Positions 55,236 through 64,000 of a stretch of 64,000 nt of DNA are shown in pieces. Position numbers and translations under genes: made by a program. Location of the stretch: assembly GCA_964439025.1 (NCBI GenBank), contig CAYTMW010000005.1, positions 90,671 through 154,670 on the forward strand, read 5' to 3'. The stretch's first letter is position 1, and every line of letters begins with the position of its first letter. Source of the stretch: an uncultured Gemmatimonas sp. Lineage in GTDB: Bacteria > Gemmatimonadota > Gemmatimonadetes > Gemmatimonadales > GWC2-71-9. A model generated the notes under the pieces. The model ran no database searches. It saw nothing but the letters and a program-made list of their open reading frames with translations, and was not told where the DNA came from.

Positions 55236-57530
55236 TTGGAACATGTTGCTGAGGCGGTCGCCACCTTTCTCTTCAAGTACTCGCCCCACCTCTTCCGGCG
55301 GGGGGATTTGTCGCTGGCGCCGGTTTTTCCGCCCGCGCTGATCGCCGCGGCTCTTACGGCCGCTATCATCCTGCTGGTAGCTTCGTTGCGCGGGGTACGG
55401 ACCGCAGCTCCGGGACGGGACCGGGTGATCCTGGGTCTGCTCCGCGGCACCGCCTGCCTGGTTCTCGCCGCCTGCCTCCTTCGTCCCGTGTTGCTCCTCT
55501 CGAGCGCGGTTCCGCAGCGGAACGTCCTGGGAGTGCTCCTCGACGACTCCCGAAGCATGCGGCTGGCCGATCTCGACGGAGTATCCCGCCTGGAGGCGGT
55601 GCGCAGGGTGTTTGGAGACTCGGCGGGGTCGCTGACCCGCCGGCTCGGCGACCGATTCGTGCTCCGGTTCTTCCGTTTCGCCGCCGATGCCGGGCCGCTC
55701 GGGAACGCTTCAGGTCTGGTGGGAGCGGGCACTCGCACCAATCTCGCGGCGGCCCTCGATGCGGCGCGGCAGGAGCTTTCCGGGGTGCCGCTCGCGGGGA
55801 TAGTGTTGGTGACCGATGGCGCCGACAACTCGGCGGCCGACCTGACGGCATCGCTCCTGGCGCTCAAGGGGCGGAAGGTACCGGTCTATACTGTCGGGAT
55901 CGGGCGCGAGCGTTTCGCCAGGGACCTCGCCATCGAGCGGGTCTCCCTCCCGGCCAGCGCGCTGGCGGGAGCCGGCATTCTCGCCGAAGTCGTGATCCGG
56001 GTCCGGGGCCTGGGTGGCAGCTCGGTGACGGTCACCGCGGAAGACGAGGGCCGGATCGTCGTCGAGCGCGAAATCGCAGCACCGGAAACCGGCGACGTGG
56101 CGCGGACCAGGCTCCGTCTCCCTCCGATGACCGAGGGCCCCCACCGCCTCACCTTCCGGGTGCGCCCCGCCGCGGGAGAGATCGTCACCGAGAACAACGA
56201 GTCCCGCTCGGTGCTCCGCGTCCGTCCCGGGCCCGAGCGCATCCTCTATCTCGAAGGGGAGCCCCGCCCGGAGTTCGCGTTTCTCCGCCGAGCGGTCGCG
56301 GGAGACAGCGGGCTCTCGCTGGTCTCCATGCTCCGGAGCGCCAAGGGAAAATTTCTCCGGCTTGGCGTGCAGGACAGCATGGAGCTGGTGGGCGGGTTCC
56401 CCACGCGGCGAGAGGATCTATTTCGCTACCGCGCGCTGGTCCTCGGGAGTATCGAGGCGTCCTTCTTCACCGGAGATCAGCTTCGAATGCTAGCGGATTT
56501 CGTGAGTCGTCGGGGAGGCGGGCTGATTGCGCTCGGAGGACGGGCCGCGCTCGCCGAAGGCGGATTTGCCGGGACCCCGCTGGCGGATGTGCTGCCGGTC
56601 AACCTCGACGCGCCCACTCCCGCGGCCACCGGGCTCGCGCCTGCGGAGCTCACGATTCACGCCACGGCAGCGGGCCGGCTGCACCCCGCGCTCCAGCTCG
56701 GCGCCACCGAGGTCGCCGCGGCGCGCTGGGATTCACTTCCGCCGCTTACCTCGGTCAACCGGCTCGGATCGCTCAAGCCCGGCGCGACGGCGCTCCTCAC
56801 CGGCCGGGCGCCCGGGGGCAGCGACGTGCCGGTGCTCGCGGTGCAGCGCTTCGGCCGCGGCACCGCCGCCGTCTTCGGCGTGCAGGACACCTGGCTCTGG
56901 CAGATGCATGCGAACATCTCGCTCGAGGATCAGACCCACGAGGCATTGTGGCGCCAGGTGTTGCGATGGTCGCTCGATGAAGTGCCCGACCGGGTGGAGC
57001 TGAGCGCGAGTCCGAGCCGCGTCGCCCCCGGCGAACCAGTGGTGCTGCGCGCCCGTGTCGCGGATGAAGCCTATCTCGAGACCAACGACGCCCAAGTCAC
57101 CGCGCGGGTCACCACGCCGGCGGGGCGTCTGGTGGAAGTGCCTCTGGCGTGGACGCTCAAGGAAGACGGCGCGTACGAGGGGCGCTTCGTCGCGGAAGAG
57201 ATGGGCATGTACCGGATCGATGGAGAAGCGCGCCGCGGAACCGATACCACCCGCGCCTCCTCGGCCGCGCTGCTGGTGGACGACTACGGCGCCGATGTCG
57301 AGCAGGCCGAGCTGCGCTCCCCGCTGCTCCGGCGCATCGCGACCGAAACGGGCGGACGGTATTACCCGCTTGCCGACGCCGATCGTCTCGTCGAGGACGT
57401 GGTCTTCACCGACAGCGGGGTGACGGTGCGCGAATCGCGGGACCTGTGGGATATGCCGATCGTCTTCCTCGTCCTGGTGGGACTCCTGGGCGGCGAATGG
57501 GGATACCGCCGGTGGCGGGGACTCGCATGA
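55236..57530 (+). CDS. Membrane protein with vWA-like and GATase1-like domains
   Basis: N-terminal TMs, LLDDSRSM, TDG, ENN, ILYLEGEPR, FVSRRGGGL, C-terminal EWGYRR. Confidence 0.82.
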   Translation: MEHVAEAVATFLFKYSPHLFRRGDLSLAPVFPPALIAAALTAAIILLVASLRGVRTAAPGRDRVILGLLRGTACLVLAACLLRPVLLLSSAVPQRNVLGVLLDDSRSMRLADLDGVSRLEAVRRVFGDSAGSLTRRLGDRFVLRFFRFAADAGPLGNASGLVGAGTRTNLAAALDAARQELSGVPLAGIVLVTDGADNSAADLTASLLALKGRKVPVYTVGIGRERFARDLAIERVSLPASALAGAGILAEVVIRVRGLGGSSVTVTAEDEGRIVVEREIAAPETGDVARTRLRLPPMTEGPHRLTFRVRPAAGEIVTENNESRSVLRVRPGPERILYLEGEPRPEFAFLRRAVAGDSGLSLVSMLRSAKGKFLRLGVQDSMELVGGFPTRREDLFRYRALVLGSIEASFFTGDQLRMLADFVSRRGGGLIALGGRAALAEGGFAGTPLADVLPVNLDAPTPAATGLAPAELTIHATAAGRLHPALQLGATEVAAARWDSLPPLTSVNRLGSLKPGATALLTGRAPGGSDVPVLAVQRFGRGTAAVFGVQDTWLWQMHANISLEDQTHEALWRQVLRWSLDEVPDRVELSASPSRVAPGEPVVLRARVADEAYLETNDAQVTARVTTPAGRLVEVPLAWTLKEDGAYEGRFVAEEMGMYRIDGEARRGTDTTRASSAALLVDDYGADVEQAELRSPLLRRIATETGGRYYPLADADRLVEDVVFTDSGVTVRESRDLWDMPIVFLVLVGLLGGEWGYRRWRGLA

Positions 57531-58471
57531 GCCGCCTCCTCGCCACGTTCCTCGCCGGGCTCGCGCTCTCGGCCGTTCCTGCGCCCGCACCACAGGGCGG
57601 CAACACCCACGTCCTGCTGGTGACGGGACTCTCCGGCGAGCCGCGATTTGCCCGGGCCTTCGATTCCGCGGCGGCGCTGGTGTACGATGCCGCGAAGGGA
57701 CGCTGGGGCGCCACCGATTCCAGCCTGGTATACCTGGGCGAGGATCCGGCCCGCGATCCCGCCCGTATCCAGGCCCGCGCCTCCCGCGAGAACGTCTCGG
57801 CCCGCTTCGCAACGCTCACGCGTCGCTCGGCGGCCGGCGATCTGGTTTTCGTTCTGCTGGTCGGCCATGGGAGCGGGGAAGGACCGCAGTCGCGATTCAA
57901 TTTGCCCGGTCCCGATGTCACCGCCGCCGACCTTGCCGGATGGCTTCGCGCGCTGGACGGGCGCACGGTGGTCCTGGTGAATGCCTCCAGCGCGAGCGGG
58001 GACTTCCTCTCCGCGCTTTCCGGCCCGGGCAGAGTCATCATCACGGCGACTAAGAGCGCAATGCAGCGGAACGAAACCACATTCGCGGGACATTTTTCCC
58101 GGGCCCTGACCTCGGATGCCGCCGATGGCGACAAGGACGGCCGGATTTCGCTGCTCGAGGCGTTCACCTGGACCAAGGGCGAAGTGGCCCGCGGATACGA
58201 GCGACGGAATCTCCTCGCGACCGAGCAGCCGCAGCTCACCGATTCGGTGCTGGCCCGCACGATTGCGTTCGGCACCGCCGCGGCCCCTTCCGATCCCCGC
58301 ATCGCCACGCTCTGGGCCGAGCGCCGGGCGCTGGAGGGACAAGTGGATGCGCTCCGGCGCCGGAAGGGAATCATGGATTCGACCGCGTATGAGCGGGAGC
58401 TCGAGCGGCTGCTGCTCGAGATCGCGACCAGGACCGTTGCGATCCGCGCAGTGGGAGCGCCGAAGCCATGA
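57527..58471 (+). CDS. Exported caspase/hemoglobinase-fold (peptidase C13-like) protein
   Basis: Signal peptide, LLVGHGS, VNASSASG, R..ITAT, D.DKDGRISLLEAF, C-terminal coiled coil. Confidence 0.65.
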   Translation: MSRLLATFLAGLALSAVPAPAPQGGNTHVLLVTGLSGEPRFARAFDSAAALVYDAAKGRWGATDSSLVYLGEDPARDPARIQARASRENVSARFATLTRRSAAGDLVFVLLVGHGSGEGPQSRFNLPGPDVTAADLAGWLRALDGRTVVLVNASSASGDFLSALSGPGRVIITATKSAMQRNETTFAGHFSRALTSDAADGDKDGRISLLEAFTWTKGEVARGYERRNLLATEQPQLTDSVLARTIAFGTAAAPSDPRIATLWAERRALEGQVDALRRRKGIMDSTAYERELERLLLEIATRTVAIRAVGAPKP

Positions 58472-60966
58472 GAGCGGCAACTCGCACCGCCGTCCTGGGT
58501 CTCCTCGTGGGACTCGCGTGCGCCGGCCTCTCCTCGCAGGATGGCGGCTCGCCGGCAGCGCGCGTGCGCGCGCTGGCCGAGGGGGGGCGGCTTGCGGAGG
58601 CGGAGACGGCGGCGCGCGCCGGAGGGGTCGCGCTCGCGGTGCCGCTCGGCGAGGTCCTGGTGCTGCGGGGGCGGCTCGCTGCCGCCGATTCGGCGTTCAC
58701 CGCCGCGGTGCGCGCGGGCTCAGGGGACCGACGGACGGCGGAAGCCGCGCTCGCCGAGCTGTCCGCGCGACGCGGCGATGCGGCCTCCGCCGAGCGGCGG
58801 GCCGATGCGTTGATCGCCGCGTATGAGCGGGACGGCTCCACCTGGAGCGCCGAGGATCACGCGGCGGCGGGCCGCGCGTACGTCGTGCTCGGCGCCGGCG
58901 ATCCGCAGGCGTTCAAGGCGGCGCTCCGCGCCTTCGATGTCGCCGTCGCCCTCGATTCAACCGCGGTCGAGCCGCGGATTCGGCTCGGGGATCTCTTCCT
59001 CGGCAAGTACAACGCGCCAGACGCGCGGGCGAGTTATCGCGACGCGCTCAAGGTCGCTCCCAACCACCCGCGCGCCCTGCTCGGGCTGGCGCGGGTGCTT
59101 TCGTTTGAGGGAAATCCGGAAACGACCGCCGCGGTGCGCGCGAGCCTCGTCGCCAACGCGGCGCTGGTGCCCGCGCACGTCCTGCTCGGCCGGCTCTACC
59201 TCGACGCCGAGGAATACGACTCCTCATCGGCCGCGGCGGCGCGCGCCCTCGCGGTGGATTCTACGTCGATCGAAGCCTGGGCGCTGCTGGGCGCGACCGC
59301 CTTCCTCAGCGGGGATTCGGCGGGATTCTCCCGCGCGCGCGCGCAGGCTTCCGCCGTGCATCCGAGGCCCGCGCTCTTCTACAGCGAGATCGCCGAAGCG
59401 GCCGCCCGCCACCGGCGCTATGCCGACGCCGCGCGGCTGGGCCGGGAGGGGGTCGCGCTCGATTCGACGGTGCCGCCCGCGCTCGGCGTGTTAGGGATCA
59501 ACCAGCTCCGGCTCGGGGACATCGAGGGGGGCCGCGCGCTTCTGGAGCGGGCGTTCGCCAGGGACCCCTATCACGTCTGGTACAAGAACACCCTCGACCT
59601 GCTCGACGAGCTCCGGACCTTCAAGACCATCGAGACCCGGCGGTTCCGGATTGTGGCGCCCGCCGCGGAGGCCGACCTGCTGGCGATGTATCTCGGCCCG
59701 CTGCTCGAGGAAGCCTACGACTCCCTCGCGGCGCGGTACGAGTACCGGCCGCCGACGCCGGTACGGATCGAGCTCTACCGCCGCCATGCGGACTTCTCGG
59801 TGCGGACCGTCGGGCTCACCGGACTCGGCGCCCTGGGCGTGAGCTTCGGCACCGTCCTGGTGATGGACGCTCCCTCCGCCCGCGACCCGGGCACGTTCAA
59901 TTTCGGCACCACCGCGTGGCACGAGCTGGCGCACACGTTCACCCTCGGCCTGTCGGCGCACAGAGTCCCCCGATGGTTTTCCGAGGGGCTCTCGGTGCTG
60001 GAGGAGCGGCGGGCTCGTCCCGGTTGGGGCGCCGACCCCTCGGTCGAGTTCCTGGGCGCGTTCAAATCGGGCAAGCTATTGCCGGTGACCCGTCTCAACG
60101 AGGGATTCGTCCGCCCGTCGCACCGCGACGAGCTCGGGTTCAGCTACTATCAGGCCTCGCTGCTCTGCGAGATGATCGAGCAGCAATGGGGCCGCACGGC
60201 GCTGGTGGCGATGCTCCACGGCTACCGCGACGGCCTCGCGACGCCCGCGGTGTTCGACAAGGTCCTCGGCCTCACCCCCGACGCGCTCAACGCCCGGTTC
60301 GCGGCGTTCGTGCGGCAGAAATTCGCGACGCCACTCGCCGCGATCGCCCCATGGAACGGCACCGGTCCTGGGGCAGGGGAGTTCGTGAACGCGATCCGCG
60401 CCGCGGAGGCGCTCGAAGAGGCGGGCAAGCCCGACGAAGCCCGGGTCGCGCTGGAGCGCGCCGAGAAAATGTTTCCCGAGTACGCCGGCGAGAGCGCTCC
60501 GGCGCTCGCGCTGGCGCGGCTGCACCTCACCCGCGGCGAGCGCGCCGCAGCCATCGCCGCGCTCGCGCGGCACAACGCGCTCGACGAATCGGCGCTGGCC
60601 TCGAATATCGAGGAAGCGCGCCTTCGCCAGGAGATGGGAGATGTGGCGGGGGCCGGCGCCGTGCTCAGCCGGATCAACTGGATCGCACCCTACGATGCCG
60701 GCGTGCACACCCGGCTGGCGGAGCTGCTCGATCAGACCGGCAATGTGGCGCGGGCGCTCCAGGAGCGCCGGGCGGCCGTCGCCGCCGGCCCCGCCGACCC
60801 GCTCGAAGCTCGTTACCAGCTCGCGCGCGCGATGGCGCGCGCCGGCGACGCCACCGGGGCCCGGCGCGAGATCCTCGCCGTGCTCGAAGCGGCGCCCGCG
60901 TTCGAGAAGGCCCAGGCGCTGCTACTCGAATTGCGGGCGAAGAGCCCCGAGGAGAGGGACCGATGA
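58468..60966 (+). CDS. TPR-repeat protein with central zinc metallopeptidase (peptidase MA-like) domain
   Basis: HELAH...PRWFSEG gluzincin motif flanked by Ala-rich TPR-like repeats; possible lipobox LAC. Confidence 0.85.
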   Translation: MRAATRTAVLGLLVGLACAGLSSQDGGSPAARVRALAEGGRLAEAETAARAGGVALAVPLGEVLVLRGRLAAADSAFTAAVRAGSGDRRTAEAALAELSARRGDAASAERRADALIAAYERDGSTWSAEDHAAAGRAYVVLGAGDPQAFKAALRAFDVAVALDSTAVEPRIRLGDLFLGKYNAPDARASYRDALKVAPNHPRALLGLARVLSFEGNPETTAAVRASLVANAALVPAHVLLGRLYLDAEEYDSSSAAAARALAVDSTSIEAWALLGATAFLSGDSAGFSRARAQASAVHPRPALFYSEIAEAAARHRRYADAARLGREGVALDSTVPPALGVLGINQLRLGDIEGGRALLERAFARDPYHVWYKNTLDLLDELRTFKTIETRRFRIVAPAAEADLLAMYLGPLLEEAYDSLAARYEYRPPTPVRIELYRRHADFSVRTVGLTGLGALGVSFGTVLVMDAPSARDPGTFNFGTTAWHELAHTFTLGLSAHRVPRWFSEGLSVLEERRARPGWGADPSVEFLGAFKSGKLLPVTRLNEGFVRPSHRDELGFSYYQASLLCEMIEQQWGRTALVAMLHGYRDGLATPAVFDKVLGLTPDALNARFAAFVRQKFATPLAAIAPWNGTGPGAGEFVNAIRAAEALEEAGKPDEARVALERAEKMFPEYAGESAPALALARLHLTRGERAAAIAALARHNALDESALASNIEEARLRQEMGDVAGAGAVLSRINWIAPYDAGVHTRLAELLDQTGNVARALQERRAAVAAGPADPLEARYQLARAMARAGDATGARREILAVLEAAPAFEKAQALLLELRAKSPEERDR

Positions 60967-61751
60967 GCCGATGGACCCGTGGCGCTTGCGCGCTCCTCTG
61001 CCTCGCGGCACTGCTGGCGGCGTCAATGCTGGCCGCCCAGCGATTCGGGAGGTGCAATGGGTGTGAGGCACTCGAGGCGCCGCCCAATCCGCCGTACGAC
61101 GGGCGGTTCACCTACGCCCGCATCAAGTTCAACATGTTCGGCCAGGAATACCGCGGGCGGTCCAACGACATCAAGTGGGGGCACGACTATCCCGATGCCG
61201 ACCGGCATTTCCCGCTGATCGTGCAGGAGGTGACCACCACGCAGGTGCGGACCGACGGGAGCGTGATTGTCGCGCTGGACGATCCCGATCTCTTCAAATA
61301 TCCCTTCGCGTACCTCTGTGAAGTGGGCTTCTGGATTCCGAGCGACGCGGAAGCGGCGGGGCTCCGGAACTACCTGCTCAAGGGCGGATTTCTGCTGGTC
61401 GACGATTTTGCAGGACAGTACATGTTCAATTTCGAGGCCCAGCTGCGCAAGGTACTGCCCGAGGCGCGGCTGCTCCCGATGACCGCCGACCATCCGATCT
61501 GGGATTCCTTCTACCGCATCAACGCGATGGAGTACTTCGGGGTGGCGGGCACCTTCAACGGGCTCGAGGCGCAGTTCTTCGGAATCTTCGAGGAGAACAA
61601 CCCGAAGAAACGGCTGATGGCGATCGTGAACTACAACTTCGATGTCAGCGAATTCTGGGAGTATTCCAACGAGGGGATATTTCCTATCGATCTGACCAAC
61701 GAAGCCTACAAGCTCGGCGTGAACTACCTCATGTACGCTCTTTCCCACTGA
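60963..61751 (+). CDS. DUF4159 domain protein
   Basis: W.HDYP.AD, YPFAY..E.G, LRNYLLKGGFLLVDDF, KLGVNYLMYALSH. Confidence 0.85.
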   Translation: MSRWTRGACALLCLAALLAASMLAAQRFGRCNGCEALEAPPNPPYDGRFTYARIKFNMFGQEYRGRSNDIKWGHDYPDADRHFPLIVQEVTTTQVRTDGSVIVALDDPDLFKYPFAYLCEVGFWIPSDAEAAGLRNYLLKGGFLLVDDFAGQYMFNFEAQLRKVLPEARLLPMTADHPIWDSFYRINAMEYFGVAGTFNGLEAQFFGIFEENNPKKRLMAIVNYNFDVSEFWEYSNEGIFPIDLTNEAYKLGVNYLMYALSH

Positions 61752-61767
61752 TCCGAAAGGACGCTGC

Positions 61768-62802
61768 GTGACGCTCGCTCCTCCGTCCCCGGGCCTCGAT
61801 CACCTCGACGATGCGGTGCTCGCCGAGCGGCTCTCTGCCGCGCGCGCGCGCGTGCAGGCCGAGCTCTCCAAGACCATCATCGGCCAGGAAGCCGTCATCG
61901 AGCAGACGCTGGTCGCGCTGCTCGCCGGAGGCAACTGCCTCCTGGTCGGCGTCCCCGGTCTGGCCAAGACCCTTCTCGTCCACTCCCTGGCCCAGGCGCT
62001 GGATTTGCGCTTCTCACGCATCCAGTTCACCCCGGACCTGATGCCGTCGGACGTCACCGGCACCGACGTGATCCAGGACGACCCGGTGAGCGGACAGCGC
62101 AAGCTCGTGTTCATGAAGGGGCCGGTGTTCGCGAACGTCGTCCTCGCCGACGAGATCAACCGGACGCCCCCCAAGACCCAGGCGGCGCTGCTGGAGGCGA
62201 TGCAGGAGCACCGGGTGACGGTGCAGGGGAAGACCTGGGAGCTCGAGCCCCCATTTTTCGTCTTCGCCACGCAGAATCCGATCGAGCTGGAAGGCACCTA
62301 TCCGCTGCCTGAAGCGCAGCTCGACCGGTTCATGCTCATGACGATCATGGACCATCTGCCCGAGGCGCAAGAGATGGATGTGGTGCGGGCGACCACCACC
62401 GCGCCCGCCGAGGTGATCCGGCCGGTGATGTCGCGCGAGGAAATTCTCGCGTTCCAACGGCTGGTGCGGAGGGTGCCGGTGGCCGATCCGGTCACCGCCT
62501 ATGCGGTGCGCATGGTGCGGCTCTCCCGGCCCGGGGAACCCGGTGCGCCCGATTTCATCCGGCAGTACGTGTCGTATGGGGCGAGCGTGCGCGCGGCGCA
62601 GGCGCTGGTGCTCGGCGGCAAGGCGCGCGCACTGTTGCAGGGGCGGGCTCATGTGAGCTTCGATGACATCAAGGCGCTGGCCCCCGCCGTCTTCCGGCAC
62701 CGCATCCTGCTCAACTTCCAGGCGCAGTCTGAGCGGGTGACCACCAACCAGCTCGCCGAGCGGCTCATCGCGGTCGTCCCGGTGCCGCGCTCCGGGTTGT
62801 AG
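61768..62802 (+). CDS. MoxR family AAA+ ATPase
   Basis: GVPGLAKT, RIQFTPDLMPSD, LADEINR.PPKTQAALLEAMQE, ATQNPIE.EGTYPLPEAQLDRF. Confidence 0.96.
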   Translation: MTLAPPSPGLDHLDDAVLAERLSAARARVQAELSKTIIGQEAVIEQTLVALLAGGNCLLVGVPGLAKTLLVHSLAQALDLRFSRIQFTPDLMPSDVTGTDVIQDDPVSGQRKLVFMKGPVFANVVLADEINRTPPKTQAALLEAMQEHRVTVQGKTWELEPPFFVFATQNPIELEGTYPLPEAQLDRFMLMTIMDHLPEAQEMDVVRATTTAPAEVIRPVMSREEILAFQRLVRRVPVADPVTAYAVRMVRLSRPGEPGAPDFIRQYVSYGASVRAAQALVLGGKARALLQGRAHVSFDDIKALAPAVFRHRILLNFQAQSERVTTNQLAERLIAVVPVPRSGL

Positions 62803-62805
62803 CGG

Positions 62806-63702
62806 ATGACCGCCCCCGCCACCTATCTCGACCCCGTGCTGCTGGCGCGGATCGGCGACCTCGCGCTCCTCGCGCGCATGGTGGTGGACGGCTTCATGCA
62901 TGGCATGCACCGCTCCCGCCGGATCGGCCTCTCGCTCGATTTTGCCGAGCACCGCGCCTATCAGCCGGGCGACGACATCCGGCGCATCGACTGGCGCGTG
63001 TACGGCCGCACCGACCGGTTCTACGTCAAGGAATACGACGCCGACACCAACGCCGCGGTCACCTTTGCGCTCGATGCATCGGCGTCGATGGATTTCGGCA
63101 GCGGGCCGGTCACGAAGTTCCAGTATGGGCGGATGCTCGTGGCCGCGCTGGCGTGGCTCTCCCAGCGCCAGGGCGACCGGGTGGGGCTGGTGACCTTTGC
63201 CGGCGATCTGGTGGAGGTCGTTCCGCCGTCAACGCGGCACCTTCGTCTCATCCTTCACACCCTCGGCCGCGCCAAGCCGGGGGGCGCCGGGCAGCTTCGC
63301 CCGATGCTCGACCGCGCGGCCAGTCTCACCACGCGCGCCGGAGTCACGGTGGTGGTCTCCGACTGCTATGAAGATCCCGTCGCGGTGCAGAAGGGGGTGG
63401 GCTCGCTCCGCGGACGGGGCCACGACGTGATCCTGTTCCACCTGCTGGATCCGGCGGAGCGGGATCTTCCGGGAGACGGTGCGGCGACCTTCGAGGACGC
63501 CGAGAGCGGCGAGCGACTGCCGCTCCGCCCCGAAGCGCTCCGCGAGAAATACCAGGCGCAGGTGGCGGGGCACCGCGCCGAGCTGGCCCGGTTGCTGGCG
63601 CAGAACGGCTCCGATTATGTGGGACTGACGACCGACCAACCGCTCGACGCGGCCCTGCATGCGTACCTCGAGCAGCGGCTCGCGTCGAGCCGGGTGCGCT
63701 GA
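62806..63702 (+). CDS. DUF58 domain protein
   Basis: G.HRS...G.S.DFAEHRAYQPGDDIRRIDW, DASASM, VVSD. Confidence 0.93.
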   Translation: MTAPATYLDPVLLARIGDLALLARMVVDGFMHGMHRSRRIGLSLDFAEHRAYQPGDDIRRIDWRVYGRTDRFYVKEYDADTNAAVTFALDASASMDFGSGPVTKFQYGRMLVAALAWLSQRQGDRVGLVTFAGDLVEVVPPSTRHLRLILHTLGRAKPGGAGQLRPMLDRAASLTTRAGVTVVVSDCYEDPVAVQKGVGSLRGRGHDVILFHLLDPAERDLPGDGAATFEDAESGERLPLRPEALREKYQAQVAGHRAELARLLAQNGSDYVGLTTDQPLDAALHAYLEQRLASSRVR

Positions 63703-64000
63703 TGGGACTCGGGTTCCTGGTTCCCGCCTTTCTCGCCGGCCTGGCGGCGTTGCTGGTGCCGATCGTGCTACACCTCCGGCACCGGGAGCGGGACCAACCG
63801 CGGCGATTCCCGTCCCTGATGTTCCTGCGACGGATTCCGATTCGGACCGCGAGCCGCCGCCGTATCACCGACTGGCTCCTGCTCCTGCTCCGGGCCGCCG
63901 CGGTGGCGCTCCTGGTCGCCGCCTTCGCCCGCCCGTTTCTCGGCAGCACCGTGACCGAGACGCGCTCGACGCCCGCCCGCGCGGTCGTCTTGCTGCTCGA
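63702..64000 (+). CDS. BatA N-terminal domain / vWA protein (partial, runs off the window)
   Basis: Manual translation: MGLGFLVPAFLAGLAALLVPIVLHL...RFPSLMFL...LLLLLR...AFARP. The ATG overlaps the DUF58 stop. Confidence 0.88.
   Translation, partial: MGLGFLVPAFLAGLAALLVPIVLHLRHRERDQPRRFPSLMFLRRIPIRTASRRRITDWLLLLLRAAAVALLVAAFARPFLGSTVTETRSTPARAVVLLL

Overview
This is a high-GC, gene-dense bacterial chromosomal segment. The gene content points to Gemmatimonadota (inference): PadR/ADOP permease pairs, several eukaryote-like Ser/Thr kinases, an ECF/anti-sigma/DUF4097 cassette and DUF5916. Housekeeping genes are a beta-CASP RNase, upp, tRNA-Phe(GAA), a THUMP methyltransferase and efp. Other clusters are a CoxS-L-G-M-like molybdoenzyme operon with cyclase and amidase, a Gfo/Idh/MocA plus TIM-barrel sugar cluster, a kinase-Sel1 tandem pair, a PQQ dehydrogenase, and a MoxR/DUF58/BatA operon running off the right edge. 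Several gene remnants are riddled with deletions. I saw no CRISPR array, prophage or classical transposase. The most striking unexplained structure is a 464-bp cassette (19305-19768) inside the Cox operon. It holds a frameshifted GxxExxY PD-(D/E)XK nuclease-like gene between hairpin-ended inverted repeats made of 9-bp tandem units. A gene-less copy of the same ends lies 20 kb away (39501-39599; 21 bp identical). Five more intergenic palindromes share this tandem-unit inverted-arm architecture with different 7-8 bp units, and there are three single-armed heptamer tracts. Together these suggest a nuclease-associated repeat-element family with non-autonomous derivatives. All family assignments come from recognising motifs by eye; no database searches were run.
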